Positions 12,015 through 19,712 of a DNA stretch of 32,000 nucleotides are shown here, piece after piece. The stretch comes from Nitrospira tepida. GTDB taxonomy: Bacteria > Nitrospirota > Nitrospiria > Nitrospirales > Nitrospiraceae. The translations under genes and the position numbers were made by a program. Where the stretch lies: NCBI RefSeq assembly GCF_947241125.1, contig NZ_OX365700.1:1787245-1819244 (forward strand). The letters are read 5' to 3'. The notes under the pieces were generated by a model that was not told the DNA's origin, searched no databases, and saw nothing but the letters and a program-made list of their open reading frames with translations. How positions within the stretch are numbered: the stretch's first letter is position 1; each line of letters starts with the position of its first letter.

Positions 12015-13178
12015 ATGGCCGGAAATACCTTTGGAAAGATCTTCTGCATCACCTCCTTCGGCGAAAGTCACGGGCCGGCGATCGGCTGTGTGGTCGACGG
12101 CTGTCCGCCCGGCTTGAACCTCTCGGTCGAAGACATTCAACAGGAACTCGATCGCCGGAAACCCGGCACGTCCCGCCATGTCACGCAACGGCAGGAATCG
12201 GATCGGGTCGAGATCCTCTCCGGGGTCTTTGAGGGCAAGACGACCGGAACGCCGATCGCGCTGTTGATCCGCAACGAAGACGCGCGGAGCCGGGATTACG
12301 GCAACCTGGCCGAGACCTTCAGGCCAGGCCATGCCGACTACACCTATTGGCAGAAATACGGCATCCGGGATTACCGCGGCGGAGGCCGGTCGTCGGCCAG
12401 GGAAACAGCGGTCCGCGTGGCGGCCGGCGCCATCGCGAAGAAATGGCTCGGGGAGAAGTATGGCATCGTGATCCGCGGCTATCTGGCCCAGTTAGGACCG
12501 ATCGAAATTCCGTTTGTGTCCTGGGATGCGGCGCGGAGCAATCCGTTCTTTGCCGGCGATGGGACCATGGTGGAAAAACTGGAATCCTTCATGGATGAAC
12601 TCCGCAAATCCGGCGATTCCGTCGGGGCGAAAATCACAGCCGTGGCGGAAGGCGTGCCGGTCGGGTGGGGCGATCCGGTCTATGCCAAGTTGGACGCGGA
12701 CCTGGCTTCGGCCATGATGAGCATCAATGCGGTGAAGGGAGTCGAGATCGGGGCCGGATTCGCGTCCGTGGCCCAGCGAGGATCGGAACATGGAGACGAG
12801 CTGACCCCGGAGGGCTTTGCCAGCAACCATGCCGGCGGCATCCTGGGCGGCATCTCGTCGGGGCAGGATGTCGTCGTCACGATCGCGATCAAGCCCACGT
12901 CTAGCATCAGGATTCCCAGACAGTCGATCGACAAGCAGGGCCGTCCGGTGACGGTCGAGACGCTCGGACGCCACGATCCCTGCGTGGGTATCAGGGCGAC
13001 CCCGATCGCCGAGGCCATGATGGCGCTGGTGCTCATGGACCATGCGCTGTTGCATCGGGCCCAGAACGCCGACGTGTCCACACCGACGCCCAAGCTTGCC
13101 GGCAACCGAGAACAGGTCCCGCAGGCCACAGGCGTCAAGAGTTCCGTCAAGCGCAATCCAAGCCCGGACGAAGCGTAA
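12015..13178 (+). CDS. aroC: Chorismate synthase
   Basis: Contains [33 protein letters not shown] and [11 protein letters not shown]. Confidence 0.97.
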   Translation: MAGNTFGKIFCITSFGESHGPAIGCVVDGCPPGLNLSVEDIQQELDRRKPGTSRHVTQRQESDRVEILSGVFEGKTTGTPIALLIRNEDARSRDYGNLAETFRPGHADYTYWQKYGIRDYRGGGRSSARETAVRVAAGAIAKKWLGEKYGIVIRGYLAQLGPIEIPFVSWDAARSNPFFAGDGTMVEKLESFMDELRKSGDSVGAKITAVAEGVPVGWGDPVYAKLDADLASAMMSINAVKGVEIGAGFASVAQRGSEHGDELTPEGFASNHAGGILGGISSGQDVVVTIAIKPTSSIRIPRQSIDKQGRPVTVETLGRHDPCVGIRATPIAEAMMALVLMDHALLHRAQNADVSTPTPKLAGNREQVPQATGVKSSVKRNPSPDEA

Positions 13179-13217
13179 CCTGTTTCAAGTACGCCGTGGT
13201 CCTTCGCGGCTGTGCTT

Positions 13218-13302
13218 GGGGGTACCCATTGCCCTTTTCCATGCAATGGGTCCAACGCCTGGCGACTGCCGGGTACCCGTTGCTCTTCCCGATGCAACGG
13301 GT
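13218..13302. repeat. Two tandem copies of a 32-nt REP-like hairpin (GGGTACCC[A/G]TTGC-N10/11-GCAA[T/C]GGGT)
   Basis: Stem ACCCATTGC (13224-13232) pairs with GCAATGGGT (13243-13251). Stem ACCCGTTGC (13275-13283) pairs with GCAACGGGT (13294-13302). The element lies directly downstream of aroC and may also act as a terminator. Confidence 0.6.
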
Positions 13303-13600
13303 GCAACGCGACGAACCGTCATGAATAATGCGGGCTAATCTCCCTCCCTCTCAGCCCCGAACAATCGAGATTGCCTGATCATCCGCTCCGGCCGGACGTC
13401 CGGCTGTCCGCGTTGCACTCTCGTCTGGCGACCGGTATCCTCATACTCCCATCGTCCTGCTGGAGTCGTCTCCGATGCCGCAACCGTCCGGCTCCCACCA
13501 TGGCGAACCGTCCGGGTCCTCGGGCGGCGCGGTGACGGATCTGCCGGCGGACAGCGTGCGGGCGCGAAAGCGGGCCGTCGGGTCTTCGGCAACCGGTGCA

Positions 13601-15043
13601 ATGACGGTCACGCTCTCCTTGGAACGCGAACGGAAGCTCTCCGCCGGGCGTAGTTTTCGTCTGCCCGATCTTCAGGGGGCGCCGTTCCCTCCACGCCTCT
13701 TGACCTCCACCTATTTCGATACAGAGGGGTATCGATTAGCGACAGCCGGCATTACGCTGCGCCGGCGAGTGCAGCAACGACGCAGTGGCTGGCAGCTCAA
13801 GCTGCCCTGTGCGGAAGGCCGATATGAAGTCGAGGCGAAAGGAGGGCCGGGTCGGCCGCCCGTTCAGCTCCTGGACCCGCTGTTCGCGCATCTACGGGGA
13901 ACACCGGTCGCGCCGGTCGTCATGATGAGGACCTGGCGTACCGGCGTACGTATCTCAACCAACGGCCGGCCTGTCGCCGAAGTCGTGCTGGATGCGGTCA
14001 GCGTGCTCGTGGACCGCCGTGTGGTCCGGCACTTCCGCGAGGTCGAGATCGAGCTGCTCGACGGGGATGAGGAGGTGCTCGACCGGCTGGAAGACCAGCT
14101 CCGGCAGGCGGGGGCCGGCGACCACGACGGTCGCCCGAAGATGTTTCGCGCGCTGGACCTGTCGCTACAGGAGCCGGTTCCCCCGGTCGCGCCGAATGCG
14201 CCGATCATCGACCATCTGCGCGCGCTGCTGTCCGCGCAAGTGGCCTCGTGGTTGCGGCACGATCCGCTCGTCCGGATCGGGGAAACCGTGGAGGCGGTGC
14301 ATCAGATGCGGGTGGCGACGCGGCGGCTGCGTGCCCTGCTGCGGGCCGCCCGCCCGCTGTTGGTGCCGGAATGGAGCGAGCAGGTGCGAAGCGAGCTCTC
14401 CTGGCTGGCGGGAGTCTTGGGACCGGCTCGGGATCTGGACGTCCTGATCGAGTATTTTCAACAGGAGCTGGCCACGCTTGAGCCGCGCGAGGCGCCGCCG
14501 GTCCGCCGGTTGATCCGGAGGCTCAGACGGGATCGTGCATCGGTTCAGGAGGAGCTGATCTCCGCGTTGCGCACCGATCGGTATCTCGCGGCGCTGGACC
14601 TCGCGGAGGCGGGGAGCCGGCATCCGCAGGTGATACCGTCGGATGTGTCCTTGCACGAGATTGCGGCGGCGGAGTTTCGCAAGCTGCGGAAGGCCGTCCG
14701 CGCTCTGCCCGAGCTTCCATCGGATGAGGAATTGCACCGGGTCCGAATCAAGGTCAAGCGGGCCCGTTATGCGGCCGAGCTGGCCGAGACCACGGTCGGG
14801 CGCCCAGCCTCCCGGTTTATTCAACGGGCCAAGGAGCTGCAGGACATCCTGGGCATGCATCAGGATGCCGTGGTGGCGGAAGGGCGGGTCCGGTCGTATC
14901 TGGACGGATCACAGAGTCGGACGGCGGCCTTTGCGGCCGGCCGGATGGTGGAACGCCAACGTCAGCGGAAGTTGCGGGCCAGAGAACAGTTTGCCCTGGC
15001 CTGGAAGAAGCTGGAGAAGCGGGGAAAAAAGGCGTGGGGGTAA
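13601..15043 (+). CDS. CYTH (triphosphate tunnel) plus CHAD domain protein
   Basis: N-terminal LSLERERKLS... and the later EVEIEL are CYTH-like. The C-terminal half has CHAD helices (VHQMRVATRRLRALLR, LHRVRIKVKRARYAAE). ATG 13601 is preferred, and the tracked ORF extends upstream to 13475. Confidence 0.8.
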   Translation: MTVTLSLERERKLSAGRSFRLPDLQGAPFPPRLLTSTYFDTEGYRLATAGITLRRRVQQRRSGWQLKLPCAEGRYEVEAKGGPGRPPVQLLDPLFAHLRGTPVAPVVMMRTWRTGVRISTNGRPVAEVVLDAVSVLVDRRVVRHFREVEIELLDGDEEVLDRLEDQLRQAGAGDHDGRPKMFRALDLSLQEPVPPVAPNAPIIDHLRALLSAQVASWLRHDPLVRIGETVEAVHQMRVATRRLRALLRAARPLLVPEWSEQVRSELSWLAGVLGPARDLDVLIEYFQQELATLEPREAPPVRRLIRRLRRDRASVQEELISALRTDRYLAALDLAEAGSRHPQVIPSDVSLHEIAAAEFRKLRKAVRALPELPSDEELHRVRIKVKRARYAAELAETTVGRPASRFIQRAKELQDILGMHQDAVVAEGRVRSYLDGSQSRTAAFAAGRMVERQRQRKLRAREQFALAWKKLEKRGKKAWG

Positions 15044-15048
15044 CCGGG

Positions 15049-15771
15049 TTACCGTGATGGATCGACGGGGTGAGCGGCCATCCACCGCCTCGACAAGGTC
15101 TGCGCCTGTTGGACCTGCTCTTTCCTCATGCCGGCGGCCAATTGCTCCAATGTCCCTTGGATGCGCCACTGGGTCTGGACGTCCAGGGATTCCGGTGATC
15201 GCGATTGCGCGAGGTCCAGCCACATGTAAGCCTGCACAGGATCTCTCGGAACCCCCTGCCCTTGGACATAGAGCATGCCGAGGTCAATCATCGCGCCACG
15301 GTCGCCCTTCTCGGCGGCCTGTCGATAGAGGGTGGCAGCCCGTGATTTGTCTTGGGCCACACCCAGACCATTGTCATACAGGTAGCCGAGATTACGGATG
15401 GCTCCGGGGTGCCCCTGGTCGGCGGCCAGCCGATACCACTGCAATGATTCAGCGTAGTTTTGTCCGACGCCGATCCCGTCCTGGTACAGGCCGCCGAGAT
15501 TGTTCTGCGCCTCGACGTGGCCCTTCTCCGCCGCCTTCCTGTACCACTGCTCGGCTTTTCTCAGATTCTGGCCGACCCCGCGGCCCTTTTCATAGGCCAG
15601 GCCGAGTTCGTAGGCGGATTCGACGTGGCCCTGCGTCGCCGTCTTGGTCAGGTCTTGCACGCGCTGACTCGGCCGATCCAGCAGCATGCAACCGGAGAAA
15701 CACAAGGTTGCGGCGAGAACCATGAGGCCGATGTTCCGCCAACCGGGTCTCATGGGCGGTCGGAGCCTCAT
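15049..15771 (-). CDS. Sel1-repeat (TPR-like) lipoprotein
   Basis: About six Sel1 repeats (A.WYRKAAEKGH..AQ.NLG.LY..G.GV.QN). Signal peptide with lipobox LCFSGC. The start is ambiguous (15771 or 15753, and the tracked ORF runs to 15834). Confidence 0.8.
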   Translation of the reverse strand: MRLRPPMRPGWRNIGLMVLAATLCFSGCMLLDRPSQRVQDLTKTATQGHVESAYELGLAYEKGRGVGQNLRKAEQWYRKAAEKGHVEAQNNLGGLYQDGIGVGQNYAESLQWYRLAADQGHPGAIRNLGYLYDNGLGVAQDKSRAATLYRQAAEKGDRGAMIDLGMLYVQGQGVPRDPVQAYMWLDLAQSRSPESLDVQTQWRIQGTLEQLAAGMRKEQVQQAQTLSRRWMAAHPVDPSR

Positions 15772-15823
15772 TTCAGCCTGTTGTGCAAGGAGATGAACTT
15801 GGCGCATCGGGCGATGAGGAAGC

Positions 15824-16489
15824 CTACCCCTCATCCTTCTCCAAGCCCTGGATGAATTTATCGGCCTCCGCGATGGAGCGGTTCATATCCTTGACGAGCT
15901 GATCAACCTGGGCGTCCACCTTGATCAGTTCGCCCTTCAGGGAGGACAGGGCACGGGCGTTGAGGTTGTGTTTGAGGTAGAGCACCTGGTCCCGCATCGG
16001 CCGCAGCACGGGGTCGATCCGTTGCTCGGCCTTCTTCATCGCGGCGAGCATCTCTCCGTATCGCGTTTTGGTCTGCGCATATTTGGCTTCGCTCTTGCGG
16101 CGCAGATCTTTGTTCGAGTATTGATCGAGTTCTTCCTTCCATTCCTTGAACAGGGCGTCGGCGACCGATTCCACATCGCTGATCCGCTTCCTGACCGTCT
16201 CGGCCCGCTCCTCGCTCGTTTCCAGCTCGCCGCTCAGCTTCTTATAGGTGGCCTCCAGATCGCCTCCGGAAAAATTGACGACCTTGCCGAACTGATCGAG
16301 CGCGCTCTGGATCTCCTGCTTGGCCTCTTCCTGGGCGTCCCGCGCCGCCTTGACGCGGCTGCTCAGGATGTCGCGCTTCGCATAGCCCATCTTCTCCATC
16401 GCGCCCATGTAGAGCGTGTCGCAGCCGGCCAGCATCAATCCGATCAGCACACAGGGCACGAAGCGGGTCAGGGAGATAGGCATTCGCAT
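15824..16489 (-). CDS. DUF2959-family coiled-coil lipoprotein
   Basis: Starts MRMPISLTRFVPCVLIGLMLAGC (lipobox), then YMGAMEKMGYAKRDILSSRVKAARDAQEEAKQE...ALFKEWKEELDQY, which resembles DUF2959 as I recall it. The internal start at 16489 is preferred over 16681. Confidence 0.7.
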   Translation of the reverse strand: MRMPISLTRFVPCVLIGLMLAGCDTLYMGAMEKMGYAKRDILSSRVKAARDAQEEAKQEIQSALDQFGKVVNFSGGDLEATYKKLSGELETSEERAETVRKRISDVESVADALFKEWKEELDQYSNKDLRRKSEAKYAQTKTRYGEMLAAMKKAEQRIDPVLRPMRDQVLYLKHNLNARALSSLKGELIKVDAQVDQLVKDMNRSIAEADKFIQGLEKDEG

Positions 16490-16681
16490 AGGGCCTTGTT
16501 GGGTCGGTGGTGTGTCGATGAAAACAACCGAAACCAGCGCATAGTCCGATGCAGCGATTGCAGAAGTCAAGATGCCGACGGAGCAGTTGCCAAGGTCCGG
16601 CGTTTGCTCACGCGATGCCGCTGAGGTAGTCTCGCCGTAGGCACGTTGTATCGTCTGTTTCTGATGACTGGAGGTATCCAC

Positions 16682-17248
16682 ATGCCTGGTTGTATGGGAC
16701 GACCGCTCATCCCGGTGATCACGCTGCTGCTCGGCGGCTGCGGATCATCCGGATTCGTTATGCCGGACGCGCTCGAGTCACAGGTTGATCCGTCGGTCTC
16801 GTTCCAGCAACTGTTGGCGAGTCCGGACTCGTACCAGGGGAAGATGGTCGTGGTGGGGGGCGAGGTGTTGAAAGCCTCCACGGCCGACGGGGGAACGGTG
16901 CTGGAGGTGTTGCAGCTTCCCTTGGACGAGGGGCAGCGGCCCGCTCGCGAGCGAACGGAAAGCCAGGGGCGGTTTCTGGCCAGACAGGAAACCTTCTTGG
17001 ATCCGGCGGCCGTCGGGGATCGAGCCCGAATCACGATCGTCGGACAGGTGACGGGGACGAGGACGGGTCGCTTGGACGAAGTGGAGTATCGATACCCCAC
17101 GCTTGACATCAAACACCTGCACCTTTGGAGACTGGAGGACTATGCAGAGCGGGCGAGGTCGGGTCCTTGGTGGGGCATTTCCGGCGGGGTGGGCATTGGC
17201 GGGGGAACGAGAACCGGCGGCGGCATCAGCATCGGGACGGGCTTTTAA
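16682..17248 (+). CDS. slp: Slp-family outer-membrane lipoprotein with Gly-rich tail
   Basis: Lipobox LLLGGC. The segment GRFLARQETFLDP...YRYPTLDIKHLHLW closely parallels E. coli Slp (GRLLARQSGFLDP...). Start at 16682 or 16694. Confidence 0.7.
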   Translation: MPGCMGRPLIPVITLLLGGCGSSGFVMPDALESQVDPSVSFQQLLASPDSYQGKMVVVGGEVLKASTADGGTVLEVLQLPLDEGQRPARERTESQGRFLARQETFLDPAAVGDRARITIVGQVTGTRTGRLDEVEYRYPTLDIKHLHLWRLEDYAERARSGPWWGISGGVGIGGGTRTGGGISIGTGF

Positions 17249-17309
17249 TCCTAATCCAAGAATAAGCGAGACCCCATAACCCCGTATTTCCTTCGCCCCA
17301 TCGGGGCGG

Positions 17310-17406
17310 GGGAGAGGGGAGGGTGAGGGGCACATCCTCACGGTCCCACCCTCACCTTTCTCCTCTCCCTCAACACCCGTTGCATTGAGGGGAGCAACGG
17401 GTACCC
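17310..17406. repeat. GC-rich imperfect inverted repeat followed by an inverted copy of the GGGTACCCGTTGC hairpin
   Basis: GGGAGAGGGGAGGGTGAGGG (17310-17329) faces CCCTCACCTTTCTCCTCTCCC (17349-17369). ACCCGTTGC (17375-17383) pairs with GCAACGGGT (17394-17402), then ACCC. The reverse complement nearly equals the 13271-13302 copy. Confidence 0.55.
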
Positions 17407-17746
17407 GAGGGCGAGGAAGCAGGATTGACGCAGGGACGGTCACCTCGTCAGCAGACATTATTATCGGATTAGGGTTAGCTATGACGGCTCTTCTGAAAAT
17501 CGTGTAGGTAGTGGGTAGAGCGAATGGCTCAGATCGCCTCGCCTGACGTTCGACCCGTTGCATTCAAAGCCGGGCAACTGGTGCCCCGCGATTCCAGGCC
17601 TCACCCTGATGCGTTATTGTCGGTGTCCTCGCGCTGTTGTCCTGTTGCCCTCGTGCGATCATTGTTCAGCGCTTTCCCTGTGACGGCCGCGTCGGAGCAG
17701 CGGTTGCCCACCTCCGTAAATACTGGTATTTCTCCAGACCCGCTGG

Positions 17747-17775
17747 TTGACACCTTTTTACGGAACCAGTAGCCT
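17747..17775 (+). promoter_or_regulatory. Candidate sigma70-like promoter for the TIR/DGR target gene
   Basis: TTGACA (17747-17752), a 17-nt spacer, then TAGCCT (17770-17775), about 135 nt upstream of ATG 17911. Pattern match only. Confidence 0.25.
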
Positions 17776-17910
17776 TTTGTCGTCCTGACCCATTCTCCGG
17801 CGCTCTCACCGCCATGGCGACGATCTCTGTTGGCCTATGCTCCACTATCACCGAAACACTATGCGACAGACTGACCCGAATAGAAGAACTAGCTTCCTTG
17901 AGGCGCCAAC

Positions 17911-19194
17911 ATGCCAAGCGATCAACGGCCTGAGACTCACAAAACAGTCTTCATCAGTTATCGACGACGGCAAAGTTGGCAAACTGCGCGCCTCATATAC
18001 TCGCATCTACGCGCGCATGACTATGACGTCTTCATGGATGTCGAGAGTATCGACAGCGGCCAATTCGATACCATTATCAGGAATCAAATCGCGGCGCGGG
18101 CGCATTTTCTAGTTGTTCTCGGTCCTGGTTCGATGGAAGGCTTCGACAATCCTCAAGATTGGCTCCGTCAAGAAATCGAGCATGCCATCAGCTTAGAACG
18201 TAACATCATTCCGATTCTTGAAGAGGGTTTCAAGTTCGAGAAGATCACACCGCCCCCAGGTCGGCTACAAGAACTGCCGAGGTACAACGCCCTCACCGTG
18301 CCACATGAATACTTCGACGCAGCCATGCAGAAGCTCCGGGAACGATATTTAAGAAAGCCGGTGCAGGGACCAATTCAGGCGACACCGGAGCGTGAAATAC
18401 CCGCTGTCGAGCAAAGGCTTGAAAAGACACGTCAAGAAATCGCTCGTGAATCCGCAAGGGAGGACCCAAAGCCATCCCCTGGTGCTCCTTCAGCGAGGCC
18501 GCGAGTGGAGTCACGGTCGGCCGAAGCGCCAGCCGGCATGGTGAAAGTGCCCAAGGGCCCGTTCCTCTACGGGGAGGATAGACATCGTGAGACGATCGAT
18601 CATGATTATTGGATCGGCATCTATCCCGTGACGAACGAGGAATTTCGTGCCTTCATCTTGGCGGGTGGCTACGAAAATCAGGCCTACTGGTCCCAAGAGG
18701 GGTGGAGATGGAAGACGGAAGAGAACATTCGGATTCCGGCGTCTTGGAATAACCCCAAATTTATTAAGCCCGACCATCCAGTGGTTGGGGTGAGCTTTCA
18801 CGAAGCTCAGGCCTATGCCACCTGGGCGCGCAAGCGCTTGCCGACGGAACAGGAGTGGGAAAAGGCGGCAAGGGGCACGGACGGGCGCATCTACCCCTGG
18901 GGTGACGAGTTCGATAAGAACAAATGCAACAGCCTCGAATCCCGTCTGGATAGCACCTCGCCTGTCAGCAAGTATCCCGAGGGCGTGAGCCCGTATGGTT
19001 GCTACGACATGGCCGGCAACGTGGGGGAATGGTGTGCGGTTTGGTATGAACAGAAACAACTTCCTAGTGCGGTCCGGGGCGGGGCCTGGTGCCAGAAGTC
19101 ACCGTCCCTGCGTGCCTGGCGACTTTTCCATATCGAGCCCGGCGGCCGGGACAGCTCCCTCGGGTTCCGTCTGGTCCAGGACATTTCCGAATAA
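17911..19194 (+). CDS. DGR target protein: N-terminal TIR domain, charged/Pro-rich linker, C-terminal FGE-sulfatase (SUMF1-like, C-type-lectin fold) domain carrying the VR
   Basis: TIR_2-like N-terminus KTVFISYRRRQSWQTARLIYSHLRAHDYDVFMDVESIDSGQFD...HFLVVLGPGS...DWLRQEIEHAI...IIPIL. FGE-like C-terminus MVKVPKGPFLYG...YWIGIYPVTNEEFRAFI...HPVVGVSFHEAQAYATWARKRLPTEQEWEKAARG...GNVGEWC...VRGGAW...LGFRLV. No signal peptide or TM segment. GAGG lies 8 nt upstream of the ATG. Confidence 0.8.
   Translation: MPSDQRPETHKTVFISYRRRQSWQTARLIYSHLRAHDYDVFMDVESIDSGQFDTIIRNQIAARAHFLVVLGPGSMEGFDNPQDWLRQEIEHAISLERNIIPILEEGFKFEKITPPPGRLQELPRYNALTVPHEYFDAAMQKLRERYLRKPVQGPIQATPEREIPAVEQRLEKTRQEIARESAREDPKPSPGAPSARPRVESRSAEAPAGMVKVPKGPFLYGEDRHRETIDHDYWIGIYPVTNEEFRAFILAGGYENQAYWSQEGWRWKTEENIRIPASWNNPKFIKPDHPVVGVSFHEAQAYATWARKRLPTEQEWEKAARGTDGRIYPWGDEFDKNKCNSLESRLDSTSPVSKYPEGVSPYGCYDMAGNVGEWCAVWYEQKQLPSAVRGGAWCQKSPSLRAWRLFHIEPGGRDSSLGFRLVQDISE
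19069..19194 (+). repeat. Variable repeat (VR) at the 3' end of the target gene
   Basis: Aligns without gaps (offset 1639 nt) to 20708-20833. Where the other copy has AAC/AAA codons, this copy has TGC, CAG, AAG, TCC and CGA. Confidence 0.6.
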
Positions 19195-19238
19195 CCCTTT
19201 GCCCTTTGTCCTTTGACCCTTTACCCTTCCGAAATGCT

Positions 19239-19267
19239 CCCTCTCCCGAATTGTGATTGGGAGAGGG
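19239..19267 (+). other. Perfect 9-bp stem hairpin downstream of the VR
   Basis: CCCTCTCCC (19239-19247), an 11-nt loop, then GGGAGAGGG (19259-19267), 45 nt after the target stop codon. It is absent downstream of the TR copy. Confidence 0.5.
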
Positions 19268-19283
19268 TTGGGGTGAGGGAATC

Positions 19284-19640
19284 ATGGCCACCACTCTTCC
19301 GCAAGCCGTGCAAGCCTGCCACGAGTTGCTGCTCTGGCTGATCCCGCAGCTCGACAAATTTCCCCGCTCGCGCCGGTTTACATTGGGCGAACGGTTGGAG
19401 GCCGGGTCGATCGAGGTCTTGGAGCTGCTGGTTGAAGCGGCCTATACGCACCATAAGACAGCCTCCCTGCATCGCGCGAACCTGCGATTGGAAGTCGTGC
19501 GCCATCTCTGGAGGCTGGCTCACGAATTGAAGGTGATCGCGTTGCGCCAGTATGAGCATGGCGCGCGGCTGTTTGATGACCTTGGGCGGCAGATCGGCGG
19601 CTGGCTCCGCAGTCGCGATCCGTCTCAGATGCAGCCATGA
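19284..19640 (+). CDS. avd: DGR accessory variability determinant (Avd, four-helix-bundle protein)
   Basis: About 118 aa. The segment CHELLLWLIPQLDKFPRSRRFTLGERLEAGSIEVLELLVEA...LRLEVVRHLWRLAHELKVI matches the four-helix-bundle / Avd family pattern. It sits between the target and the RT. The stop overlaps ATG 19637 (ATGA). Confidence 0.85.
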   Translation: MATTLPQAVQACHELLLWLIPQLDKFPRSRRFTLGERLEAGSIEVLELLVEAAYTHHKTASLHRANLRLEVVRHLWRLAHELKVIALRQYEHGARLFDDLGRQIGGWLRSRDPSQMQP

Positions 19641-19712
19641 CACGCCTTGCCAATCTCTGGCCGGAACTGGTGAGTTTTAAGAACCTACTCGACGCGTATC
19701 GGAAGGCGCGCC

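Noticed and set aside
17524-17772. An 82-aa ORF in the slp-to-TIR gap.
   Set aside because: It has no RBS and no recognisable domain, and it overlaps repeat hairpins. It is probably non-coding.
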